A stretch of DNA of 64,000 bases from Scenedesmus sp. PABB004 (lineage: Eukaryota), in contig JABVCE010000008.1 in NCBI GenBank assembly GCA_014905635.1, positions 124,001 through 188,000 of the forward strand, written 5' to 3'. Each line of letters starts with the position of its first letter. Position 1 is the stretch's first letter. This document shows, piece after piece, positions 1-9,991 of this stretch. Position numbers and translations under genes: made by a program. A model generated the notes under the pieces. That model saw nothing but the letters and a program-made list of their open reading frames with translations. It had not been told where the DNA came from and searched no databases.

Positions 1-2045
1 CAAGAAGGGCGGCAAGAAGAAGATGTAAGCGCGCCGCGCGGCGCCGCGAGGGGGCGCGGCGGGGGCCGGGGCGTCGGCTGAGGCCCGCCGCCGCCGCGCA
101 GCGTGGACCCCTTCACCAAGAAGGACTGGTATGATGTGAAGGCGCCCTCCATGTTTGCCGTGCGCAACGTGGGCAAGACGCTCGTCACGCGCACCCAGGG
201 CACCAAGGTGCGCGCCCTCGACCGCGCGGGCGGCGGACCGGGGCCCGCGCGGCCGCGGGGCGGGCATCGCCGAGCCCGCCGGCGCCCCGGCGCCCGCAGA
301 TTGCCTCTGACGGCCTCAAGGGCCGCGTGTTCGAGGTCTCCCTGGCGGACCTGCAGAAGGTGCGCCGCCCGTCGCCGCGCGGGCAGCGGGCGCGGCGGGA
401 GGGGCAGCAGCAGCCGGCGCGCGCGGATGGTCGGCTGCTGCCGGCGCCGCCGCCGCGCACGCGCACGCGCACGCGCCCGGGCCGCCCCCCTGCCGGGCGT
501 GGCGCACGGGAGCAAGACGGCGGGCGGGCACCGGCGCAGCGGCGCGCGGGCGGCGGGCCAGCACAGCTCGCGGCGGCGACGGCGGCAGCAGCGGCGGCGG
601 CAGCAGCGGCGCGGGGCGGGCGCCGACGCGCCCCGCGCCGGCCGCCGCAGAACGAGGAGGACGCGTACCGCAAGATGCGCCTCCGCGTGGAGGACGTGCA
701 GGGCCGCAACTGCCTCACCAACTTCTGGGTGCGCGCGCGCGCGCGCGGGCGCAGGCGTGGCAGGGGCGGGCGCAGGAGCCGCTGGAGGCGGCGCGCAGCA
801 GCACCACGAGGCAGCGGCAGCGGAGCCGCAGCGGAGCCGCAGCGGAGCGGAGTGGCAGCGACGCTGTGGCGGCAGCTGCTGCAGCAGCGGCGGCGGCGGA
901 CCGCGATTGGCGGGCGAGCAGCCGGAGCCGGCGGGCGAGCAGCTGGCGGAGCGCCGGCGGTGGCACCCGTCAGCCTCAGCGGCAGCGGCAGCTGGAGCTG
1001 CTGCGGCAGTCGCGCCGGCGGCCGCGACGGGGGCAGCCGCAGCACCGGCAGCGGCGGCGGCGCGCGGGGCACAGGGGTCCTGCCCCCCTCGCGCACGGCC
1101 CGCACAGCATCCCGCACCCCGCTCACGCTCTCCTCGCGCCGGGCGCTGCGGCAGGGCATGGACTACACGACCGACAAGCTGCGCTCCATGGTGCGCAAGT
1201 GGCAGACGCTGATCGAGGCGCACGTGGACGTCAAGACCACCGACGGCTTCACGCTGCGCATGTTTGCCATCGCCTTCACCAAGAAGCGCCAGGGCCAGAT
1301 CAAGCGCACCGCGTACGCGCAGAGCAGCCAGGTGCGAGACGCGCGCCGCGGCGGCGCGGCGGCGGCGGGGCGCGGGGCGGCGGCGGGGCGCGGGGCGGCG
1401 GCGGGGCGCGGGGCGGCGGCGGGGCGCGGGGCGGCGGGGCGCGGCCGCCGCTCGGCAGCGGCCGGCCCGCGCCAGCGCCAGCGCTGCTGGCCTGCCCCAG
1501 CGCCCGGCCTGCGCGCCACGCTCACCCGCCGCCCCCCCCCCCCCCCCCTCTCTCCTGCGCCCCTGCCCGCGGCCCTGGCGGCCAGATCCGCACCATCCGC
1601 AAGAAGATGGTTGAGATCATGGCGCGCGAGGCGGGCGCGTGCGACCTCAAGGACCTGGTCGCCAAGTTCATCCCCGAGGCCATCGGCAAGGACATCGAGA
1701 AGGCCTGCCAGGCGCGCACGCCGCGGCTGGCGGGCGCGGCGCCGCGGCGCGGCGGGCAGCTCGCGCGGCCGCAGGCGCCTGTCGCGGCGGCGGTGGCGGC
1801 GGCGCTGACGCCCCCGCTGCCGCGCGCGCCGCTGCCCCCGCCCGCGCCCCGCTCCTCCGCGCTGCTCCCCGCAGGGCATCTACCCCCTGCAGAACGTGGC
1901 CATCCGCAAGGTCAAGGTGCTCAAGGCGCCCAAGTTTGACCTGCCCAAGCTCATGGAGGTGCACGGCGACTACACGGAGGAGGTGCCCGCCAAGGTGGAG
2001 CGGCCCGCGGAGCCCGCCCCCGCGGCCGAGGCGGCGGCGGAGTGA
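1..2045 (+). CDS. RPS3A: 40S ribosomal protein S3a (eS1), 5'-partial, 7 exons in window
   Basis: Spliced exons give [23 protein letters not shown]...[18 protein letters not shown]...[21 protein letters not shown]. Stop TGA 2043-2045. Last intron 1712-1874 is GC-AG. Confidence 0.97.
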
Positions 2046-2116
2046 GCTGCAGCTGCAGCGGCAGGGCGCGCCGCGGCCGCGGCGCGCCCCGCGCGGCAGC
2101 TGGTCGGGGCTTGCGG

Positions 2117-2121
2117 TGTAA
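2117..2121 (+). terminator. TGTAA polyadenylation signal of RPS3a
   Basis: Chlorophyte consensus TGTAA about 70 nt after the stop codon. Confidence 0.75.
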
Positions 2122-2167
2122 CACCCGCGTTCGACCTGTCGGCAGGACCGCCGCGCGGCGGCGTGCA

Positions 2168-2172
2168 TTACA
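2168..2172 (-). terminator. TGTAA polyadenylation signal of the convergent fasciclin gene
   Basis: TTACA on + strand, about 70 nt after the minus-strand stop at 2245. Confidence 0.7.
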
Positions 2173-2244
2173 TGTACAGAGCCGGCCACATCCAGCTCAG
2201 CTCAGTCCTCCGTGCCAGCTCTCTCCCCTTCCTCCTCTCTCGCT

Positions 2245-5200
2245 TCAGCCCTCGAGCCGCTGCAGCAGCGCGCCCTGCTCCGTCGCCAGGGACGGCTGCG
2301 CCTGCTGCGCCGCGCCGGGCGGCAGCATCGGTCCGCCGGCCGGCAGCGGCGGCGGGCAGTTCAGGCAGCCGCCGGGGCCGGCCTCGTCGTTGTTGTTGTA
2401 GTACGTGCCGCCGCCGCCGTAGGTGCCAGCGCTGCCAGCGTTGTAGCCGGTGCCAGCGCCGTAGCCGGTGCCGCCAGTGCCGTACCCGCTGCCGCCGGCG
2501 GCATTGTAGCCGCTACCGCCAGTGCCGTACCCGCTGCCGCCAGCGTTGTAGCCGGTGCCAGCGCCGTAGCCGGTGCCGCCGGCGCCGTAGCCGGTGCCGC
2601 CGCCGGTGCTGCTGTAGCCGCTCGGCGCGGCGGGCGGCTCGTAGTCGTACGCGGGCGCGGGCGAGGGCGAGGGCGAGGGCGCGGGCGCGTAGTCGTCGTC
2701 GTTGCTGTACGCCGGCGCCGGCACGGGCGTGGGAACGTACACCGGCGTGGGGACGTAGACCGGCGTCGGCGCGGGCGAGTAGTAGCTGTCGGCGTAGTCG
2801 GTGCTCGGCACGGGGGTGGGCACGGGGTAGGGCACCGGCACGACTGCCTGCGCGCGGGGACGGAGGGGCGGGCGGGCGGGTGGCCGGCCGGCGTCGGCGG
2901 CGGCCGCGCGGCGGCGCGGCGCGCGTGCACGCCCGCGCCCGCGCGGCGGGCAACGTGCGGCGCGGCGCCGCACCGGCGCGGGCGCGGGGGCCTGGTAGTC
3001 GTCGTTTGAGCTGCCGGAGCTGCCAGAGCTGTCCGAGGTCGTCGGCGTCGATGTCGTGGGCGCATAGTCCTCCGCCGGCGGCGCCGGGGCGTCGTAGGTG
3101 CTCGGCGCGTAGACAGAGATTGGAGCGGGCGCGGGCGCGGGCAGGATGGTGGCGGCAGGCGGCACGTAGTTTGTGGCGCCCGGCACGTAGTTTGTGGGCC
3201 CCGGCAGGAAGTTGTTGGTGGTGTCGCCGCTGTTGATGTAGCGGGGGCCCCAGCCGGCGCCGGCGCGCGGCCCGTAGCGCAGGCCGTACCCCGTGTTGCC
3301 GCCGGCGGCGCCGGGGCTGTAGTCGGCGGGGCGGAAGCGCGTCGCCTCGCCGCGGCGGTCCTGGGCGGCGGGGTTGGTCCACGACGAGGGGTTGAACCCC
3401 TGGCCGCGCCCAAACGGATTGCCGCCGCCGCCGTCTTGGCGGCGGCGCGGCTGGAACGGCGGCTGGCCGCCGCTCGGCACCTGCCCGCCGCCCATCCGCG
3501 GCTGCTGCATGCGCGGCTGCTCCATGCGCGGCTGCTGCATCCGAGGCTGCTCCATGCGCGGCTGCTGCATCCGAGGCTGCTCCATGCGCGGCTGCTGCAT
3601 CCGAGGCTGCTCCATGCGCGGCTGCTGCATGCGCGGCTGTTCCATACGAGGCGCCTGCATCTGCGGCGCCCGAGGCGCCTCCATGCGCGGCGCCTGCATC
3701 TGCGGCGCCCGCGGCTGGTCCGTGCGCTGGGCGCGCAGCAGGTGCCTGCGGAAACGCCGCCGGTCTTTCTCGTCGCTGGAGCTGCTGCTGCTGCTGGAGC
3801 TGCTTGAGCTGCTGCTGCTGCTTGAGCTGGAGCTGCTGCTTGACCTTGAGCTGCTGGAGCTGCTGGGCGCGCCGGTGCTCGAGGCCGTCTTCGTGGCAGT
3901 GGCCTTTGCAGCGCCGTCGCCGCTGGTTCCGCTGGAGGAGGAGCTGGAGCTGCTGCCACTGCCGCCGACGTTGCCCGCGTGAGCGGCCGCCGCGGGCGCC
4001 TTGGCGGCTGCCGCGGGCGCAGGCGCCTTGGCGGCTGCCGCGGGCGCCTTGGCGGCCGCCGCGGGCACCTTGGCGTCTGCCGCGGGCGCCTTGGCGGCCG
4101 CCGCGGGTGCCTTGGCGGCCGCCGCGGGCGCCTCGACGCCCTGGGGCAGCAGCAGGCCGTCGACGCCGTGCAGCACGCCCGCGCCGATGTAGATGTTTGG
4201 CAGGTTCACCAACGCCGGGCCGCTCGGCGAGCCCGCCTCGGGCAGCACCGTCACCGCCAGCAGCCGATCGGGGGCGCCCCCGCCGACCGGCGCGGGCGCG
4301 TCGGTCCTGCGCGGCGGCGGCGGCGGCAGCGGGAGCAGGGCGCGGCTCGGCGCGCGGTGCGCGTGGGACACCGCCTCTGGCCGGCCGGCAGCCCGCCGGC
4401 GCACCAGTTGAACGCAACGCGCAGGTCGTGCCCGGGCAGCGTGGTGGCAAAGGCCCGGCCGGGCGCGAGGCCCGAGGGGATGGGCCAGTAACCGGGCAGC
4501 GTGTGGTAGCGCGCCGCGGCGGCGGCGCCGGCGCCGCCGGGGGGTGGGCCGCGCGCGAGCACCGCGTTGCGCGGCGCGAGGAGCGTGACGTTGCCGAGCG
4601 GCGCCGGCGCCGCGGCGCGCGTCGCGGCCGCCGGCAGCGCGCCCGCGCCCGCGAGCGCCGCGGCAAAGGCGCTGAAACGGGGGTAGAAGGCGGCAAAGGC
4701 GGGCAGGCTGGTGAACACCTCGCCTGCGGGGCGGGCGGGGCACAGGGAGCGCGGCGCGACGGGCGGGGCGGCGGGCGCGGCGGCGGTGCTCAGGAGAGGC
4801 GGCGGCGAGGCGGCGGCGACCGCGGCCGGGCGGGTGGTGCACCGGGGCGCGGCGTGGCGCGGCGGGGCGCACCGCTGAGCAGCACGCGGTCGACCTTGAG
4901 CACGATGCCCTTCCCCACGGGCACGCCGGGGCCGAGCACCGCGGCGGTGCCGCCCTGCGCGTCGGCCGCGCGCAGCGCGCCGCCCGGCGCGCGGTGCAGG
5001 CGCAGGCGCAGGCCGGGGTTGACCGTGCGCGCGAGCGTCGGCGCGGCGGCGTTGGCGCTGACGTGCGCCGCGATCGCCGCGGGCGTGAGGGTGACGCTGG
5101 GGATGATGTGGTACGTCGCGAGTGCGTCGATGAGCTCGGGCCGGGCGCGCAGCTCGTCGATCGTCAGGCCCATGCTGCCCGCGAAGCGCTCGACCGCGGC

Positions 5201-5714
5201 GTTGACCGGCGCGAGGAGCGTGAAGGGCAGGGCGCCAAAGTCGCTGGACCGGAGCTTGAGCATGTCGATGAGGGAGAGTATCACGCTCAGGTCGGGCGCG
5301 CGCAGCGCGGCCATGATCGGCGGCTCGCCGTCGTCGGCCTTGGGCGCGCCGGCGGCGGCCTTGGGCGCGGCAGTCGCAGGCTTGGGCGCGCCGGCGGCGG
5401 GCTTGGGCGCGCTGGTGGCGTTGCTGCGGGGCGCGGCAGGCGGGCGAAGCAGCGGCGGTGACGCCGGCGACGCCGCGGCCGCGGCAGAGGCCGAGCAGCG
5501 GCGACACAGGCCTCGTCAGTCTGCTGGGACCCCGCCAAAGGCTCACCTTGCCGGCGCCGGGCTCGGCGCGGCCTGCGCGCGGCGCGGCGAGCGGGAGGAG
5601 TGAGCGTGCTGCTTTTCGGCTGGAGCGCGCGGAAGGGCGCCGCGCGCCGTCCATTCGCACCGTGACCAGCGTCAGCGCCAGCAACAGGAGCGTCACCGCA
5701 AACGGACGGGCCAT
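2245..5714 (-). CDS. Secreted cell-wall/ECM protein: signal peptide, two fasciclin (FAS1) domains, then Ala/Pro, Ser, MQQPR-repeat and Gly/Tyr/Pro-rich regions
   Basis: N-terminus MARPFAVTLLLLALTLVT. FAS1 motifs FTLLAPVNAA..YHII..VLKVDRVLL and VTLLAPRNA..YHTL..VLHGVDGLLLP. Continuous ORF to TGA at 2245. Confidence 0.8.
3494..3718 (-). repeat. Coding tandem repeat (MQQPR/MEQPR/MQAPR, 15/30-nt unit)
   Basis: Visible repeats of catccgaggctgctccatgcgcggctgctg. Confidence 0.9.
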
Positions 5715-5943
5715 GGCGCCGCTCGGCGGACAAAACTCCTCGGCCTCGCTCCTGCCGCCCGCGGCGGCCGCCCGTGCTGCGCGCGCGGCCGGCACCCCAC
5801 GCGTTGGAGCGATCGACGCTGGACTGGCGCGGCGCAGCGCGGGCGCAGCTGGTGCTGCGGTGCGGCAGCAGCTGGAGCGCCGCCGCGAGGTTCTCGCTGT
5901 GCCCCCCGGAAGACTGTGCAGAACGACTTGCCCGGCCGGCCGC

Positions 5944-7143
5944 TCACTCCTCCCGCGGCGGCAGCTGGGCGAGGCCGAACTGCTTGGTCAGCAGCTCCAC
6001 GACGGCGTCCGCCGCGACGCCGCGGCGCACGACGCGGAAGCCGCCGCGCGGCGCGTCGACCAGGTCCAGCACGCACGACCCGGCCGCCGCCGGCGACGCA
6101 GCGGCGGCGCGGCCGCCATCAAACACGGCCGCGCAGAAGGGCCAGAGCTCCCGGAAGTCGGTGGCCGCGAACGTGCCGCCCGCGCCGCTCGCGTTGGCGC
6201 TCGTGAGCGCGAGCGGGCCGCCGAGGCGCGCCGCCACGGCCGTCACGAACCGCGCTGGCACGACGCGCACGCCGAGCGCGCCGGCGCCGGCGCCCGGGCG
6301 CGGCGGCGCCGCCACGCCCGGCGCGAGCGGCGCGCCGGCGCGCAGCGGCAGCACGACCGTGACGGGCCCCGGCAGCAGCGCGTCGAGCAGCCCCGCCGGC
6401 AGGCCGTCGACGTCACAGAGCGCCGCGACGGCCCCCACGTCAGCCACCGCGACCGCGAGCGGCGCGTCGGGGGCGCGGCCCTTGATCGCGCGCAGCTGCG
6501 CCACCGCGCCGGCGTCGCCCGCGGCCGCGGCGAGGCCGTAGAGCGTGTCGGTCGGCAGCGCGACGACGCCGCCGGGCGTCGCGAGCGCGCGTGCCGCGTC
6601 GCCGACGTGGTCGTCGCTCGCCGGCAGCAGCACAAAGCCGTCGCCCGGCGCGTGCCGTGCCGCGCCGCCGCGCCCGGCGCCGCCGCCGCCGGGGTCGTCG
6701 CCGCGGGTGTCGCGGTGTAGGGGTTTAGCGCGCCATGCGAGGTCATAGACCACGGCGAGGTGGTCCGAGGGGAACGCGGCGCTGGGTATGAAGCTCGCCA
6801 GCACCTCCCGCGGCGGCACCGGCAGCGCGGCCGTGACGGACAGGCGGGCCGGGTCGAGCCACACGTAGTCCAGCAGCGCGACGTAGCCGCTCGTGAAGTT
6901 GGTGTACGGCGTGGCCAGGTCGTCCGCGCTGCGTGAGCGCGCGGCGCGGGGGGTGCGCGGGCGCGGGGGGTGCGCGGGACGTGTGAGCGCGGGACGCGTG
7001 TGAGCGTGGGGGTGGCGCGGCGGGAGGGGCGGGCCGGGGGGCGCACCTGCGCAGCACAAAGGGGATCGTGACGTCGACGCCGACGGGCGGCAGCTCCGCG
7101 CGCGGGCTCGACTCGGGCGGGTCAAAGTCGTGGCCGTCCGCCA

Positions 7144-7177
<34 letters not shown>

Positions 7178-9897
7178 GGCCTGCCCCTGCCCGCTGCCGT
7201 CCGGCGGCGCCTGCTGCGCCTGCTGCGCCTGCTGCGCCTGCTGCGCCTGCTGCGCCTGCTGCGCCTGCTGCGCCTGCGTCTGCGCCTCCTGCTCCGCCGC
7301 GTACTCCTCCTCGTCCTTGCCCCACCTGCCGGGCGCGGCGGGGCGAGGCGGGGCGGTCAGGCGGGCGAGCGCGGGCCGCCCGCGCCGCGCCGCGCCGCGC
7401 GGCGGCGCGCCTGAAGCTCGCGCCCATGCGCCAGTCCCAGTGGTCTGCCGCGAGGCGGCCCGTCTGCAGCATCTCCACCACGCCGGGCACGCCGCTGTTG
7501 AGGTCGCTGTTGAGGTCGCCGCAGAACAGCACGCTCGGCGGCGGCAGCTCCGCCAGGCGTGCGAGCAGCCCCGGCTCCACCGCGCCGCCGTCGGTGCTGT
7601 CGCCGCCGTCAGCGCCGTCAGCGCCGCCGCCGCCGCCGCCGGCCGCCGCCGCGGCGGCCCACTCGCGCAGCGCCGCGTCCGCCTCGGCCAGTATCGCCGC
7701 GGTGTGCAGCGAGCGTATGTGCGGCGCGTAGGGGTGGAAGAAGAGGTGTGTGTTGACCACCAGCAGCGGCGCCGGCGCCGCGCCGCCCGGCCCCACGCCC
7801 GCGGCGCCGCCGCCGTCGCCGTCGCCGCCGGCGGGCGCCGCCGCCCCGGCGCGCGGCACGAGCAGCACCATCTGCGCGACGGTCGTGACCTTCTGCAGCG
7901 CCTCGGCCAGGTGCGGCGAGGCGTCGAGCATGGCCGCAAACTGGGCGTGCCGCGGCGCGAGCGGGCGCCTGAAGACCTCACGCAGCCGCACGTCGCGCAG
8001 CGCGGCGGCGCCCCACTTGGCGCTGCGCCAGAACATCGCGCTGCCCTCGCGCACGCGGCCGCTCTTGTTGGTGTAGTGCCCCGCCCAGCCCCCGCGGCGC
8101 AGGTGGGGCGCCAGGTACTCGGCAAACACCTTGTCGTCCACCTCCTGCAGGCACGCGACGTCCGGCTGCCGGCACGCGGCGGGCGGCGGGCGGCGGCGCG
8201 CGTGTGAACGGTCCAGCTCCCTGCGCCGAGCGAGCGCGCGGTCGCGTGCCGGCCGGGCGCCGCCGCGGCTGCTGCGACCGCCGCGGCCGCCGTGCACACA
8301 CCTGGTACCGCAGTACCTCCTCGAGCACCAGCTGGCGGCGGTAGTTGTTGTCCAGCAGCGGGCGGGGGCAGTACTTGAACAGCACCTGCGCGGCGGGGCG
8401 GGGACGGGACGGGACGAGCGGTGAGCGCTGTGCGCTGAGCACCACGCGCTCGGGCGCCGCCGTGCGAGCGCCGCGCGTGCGCGGGCGGACGACATGCGCG
8501 CGCGCGCGCGGGCGGACGGCAGCGCCGCGCCTGCTGCGCGTAGGCGGTGCCCGCGTACTGGTCGGCCAGGATGTTGTAGCTCAGGACGCGCAGCCGCCAC
8601 GGCTCCGCCAGCGGCGCGAGCGGGCTGAGCGCGCGCAGGCGCGCGGCCGACGCCTCCGGCGCAGCGCCGACGGGGCCGCACTGCGCGGCCAGCGCCTCGC
8701 CGCGCGCCGCCGGCGCCCCGGGCGACCCGGCAAAGCGGCCGGGCGTGCACTCGACGCGCAGCGCGCAGCCAACGTCGTCCGGGGAGGGCGTGTAGCACGC
8801 GTCGCCGCACCCGACGTCCTCCCAGCTGTCGTCGCCGCCGGCGCTCGCGCCGCCGCCCGGCGCGGCGGCGCGCCGCCGGCGCCAGCGCCAGCTGCACGCG
8901 TCGGCGTCGGCAAACGCGAGCGCCGCGGTCGGCAGGATGGGGTGGCCGGCCATGGGGAAGCCGGGCAGGCCCAGCGACTCCACGGTGGGCGGGTTGACGG
9001 TGATGTCAAACTCCACAGCGCCGACGCGCAGCAGCGCGGCGCGCGGCCAGGCCTCGCCGTTGGGCGTCGCCGGCGGGATGAGCCTGTGCGCGCGGCGGCG
9101 GCGGGTGCTCCTGAGCGGGGCGCTGCAGCCTGTGGCGCGCGGCGCGTCCGCCGCAGGCGAGGCTGGCACGCCGGCGCCGGCGCGGCGGCGCTCACTGCGT
9201 GCCCGCGGCGTCTGCGTAGAGGCCGACAAAGACCTCGCCGCCCTCGCCGGGCGCCGGCGCGCCCGCCGCGCCCGCGTCGGCGGGGTCTGGCCGCTTCTTC
9301 TTGCGTCTGTCCTGCTCTGCGGCGGCGGCGGCGCAGCGGCGGGCGGTGAGCCGGGGAGCGGCGGCGAGCGGCCGCAGCCGAAGCGCCGCCGGCGCGGGCC
9401 GCGCGCCGCGGCCGCGCGCGCACTCGAGGGCGCGAGGCTGGCGCGGATGCGCGTGAACGGCTTTTCAAGCGGCTCGCCCACCGGCCTGCGAGCGGCAGAG
9501 AAGGAGTTCAGCCCGACTGACCCGCGCCGGCGCTCGCGGCTCGGCCGCGGGCGGCACTCGCGCGGCGCTGCTGTGCGCGGCCGCCGCCGCGCCTGTCCAG
9601 GTTGCGCGTCTTGCCGCCGAGCATCAGCGTGACGGTGAGGTTGGGAGCGTCGGGCTTGACCCGCACGACCGCCTGCGGAAAAAAAAGGCGCCTTTGGCCG
9701 CCGCGCCTGGCAGCGGCAGCAGCAGCGGCGCCGGCGCTGCCGCTGGCCCGGAGAGCGGGCCTCACCGTCTGCCGCACGGCCGTCTCGCTGGTCGCCGCCA
9801 TCGCGCACGCCCTGACCGGCTGCCGAGCAGCGCGGCGCAGCCCGTAGCACGCGGCGGTGGCTGCTGCTGCGCGGCGCCAGCGCGCGGCAGCAGCCAT
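5944..9897 (-). CDS. PDE12/CCR4-type EEP deadenylase fused to a C-terminal YrdC/Sua5 threonylcarbamoyl-AMP synthase domain
   Basis: EEP motifs VLSYNILADQY, CLQEVD, NTHLFFHP, GDLNS, YTNF..LLDYVW, FPSDHL. In the same exon and frame: YrdC motifs VVALPTDTLYGL, IKGR..PL, LLPGPVT, LTSANASG. ATGs at 9897 and 9801. Confidence 0.88.
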
Positions 9898-9958
9898 CGG
9901 CGGCGGCGGCCCTGGCCGAGCTGGGCGACTGGCCAGAGGCGCGGGGCAACGTGCTCAT

Positions 9959-9963
9959 TTACA
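9959..9963 (-). terminator. TGTAA polyadenylation signal of MYB3R
   Basis: TTACA on + strand, about 30 nt after the stop at 9992. Confidence 0.6.
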
Positions 9964-9991
9964 AAGCGGCGCGGTTTAGCAGCGCTGTGCC

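Noticed and set aside
360..1153. Long RPS3a introns as snoRNA hosts or hidden exons
   Set aside because: No C/D box pair is visible. The content is low-complexity CAG/CGG sequence, and the protein is complete without it.
3494..3718. Regular repeats as a CRISPR-like array
   Set aside because: No unique spacers. It is an in-frame coding tandem repeat in a eukaryotic gene.
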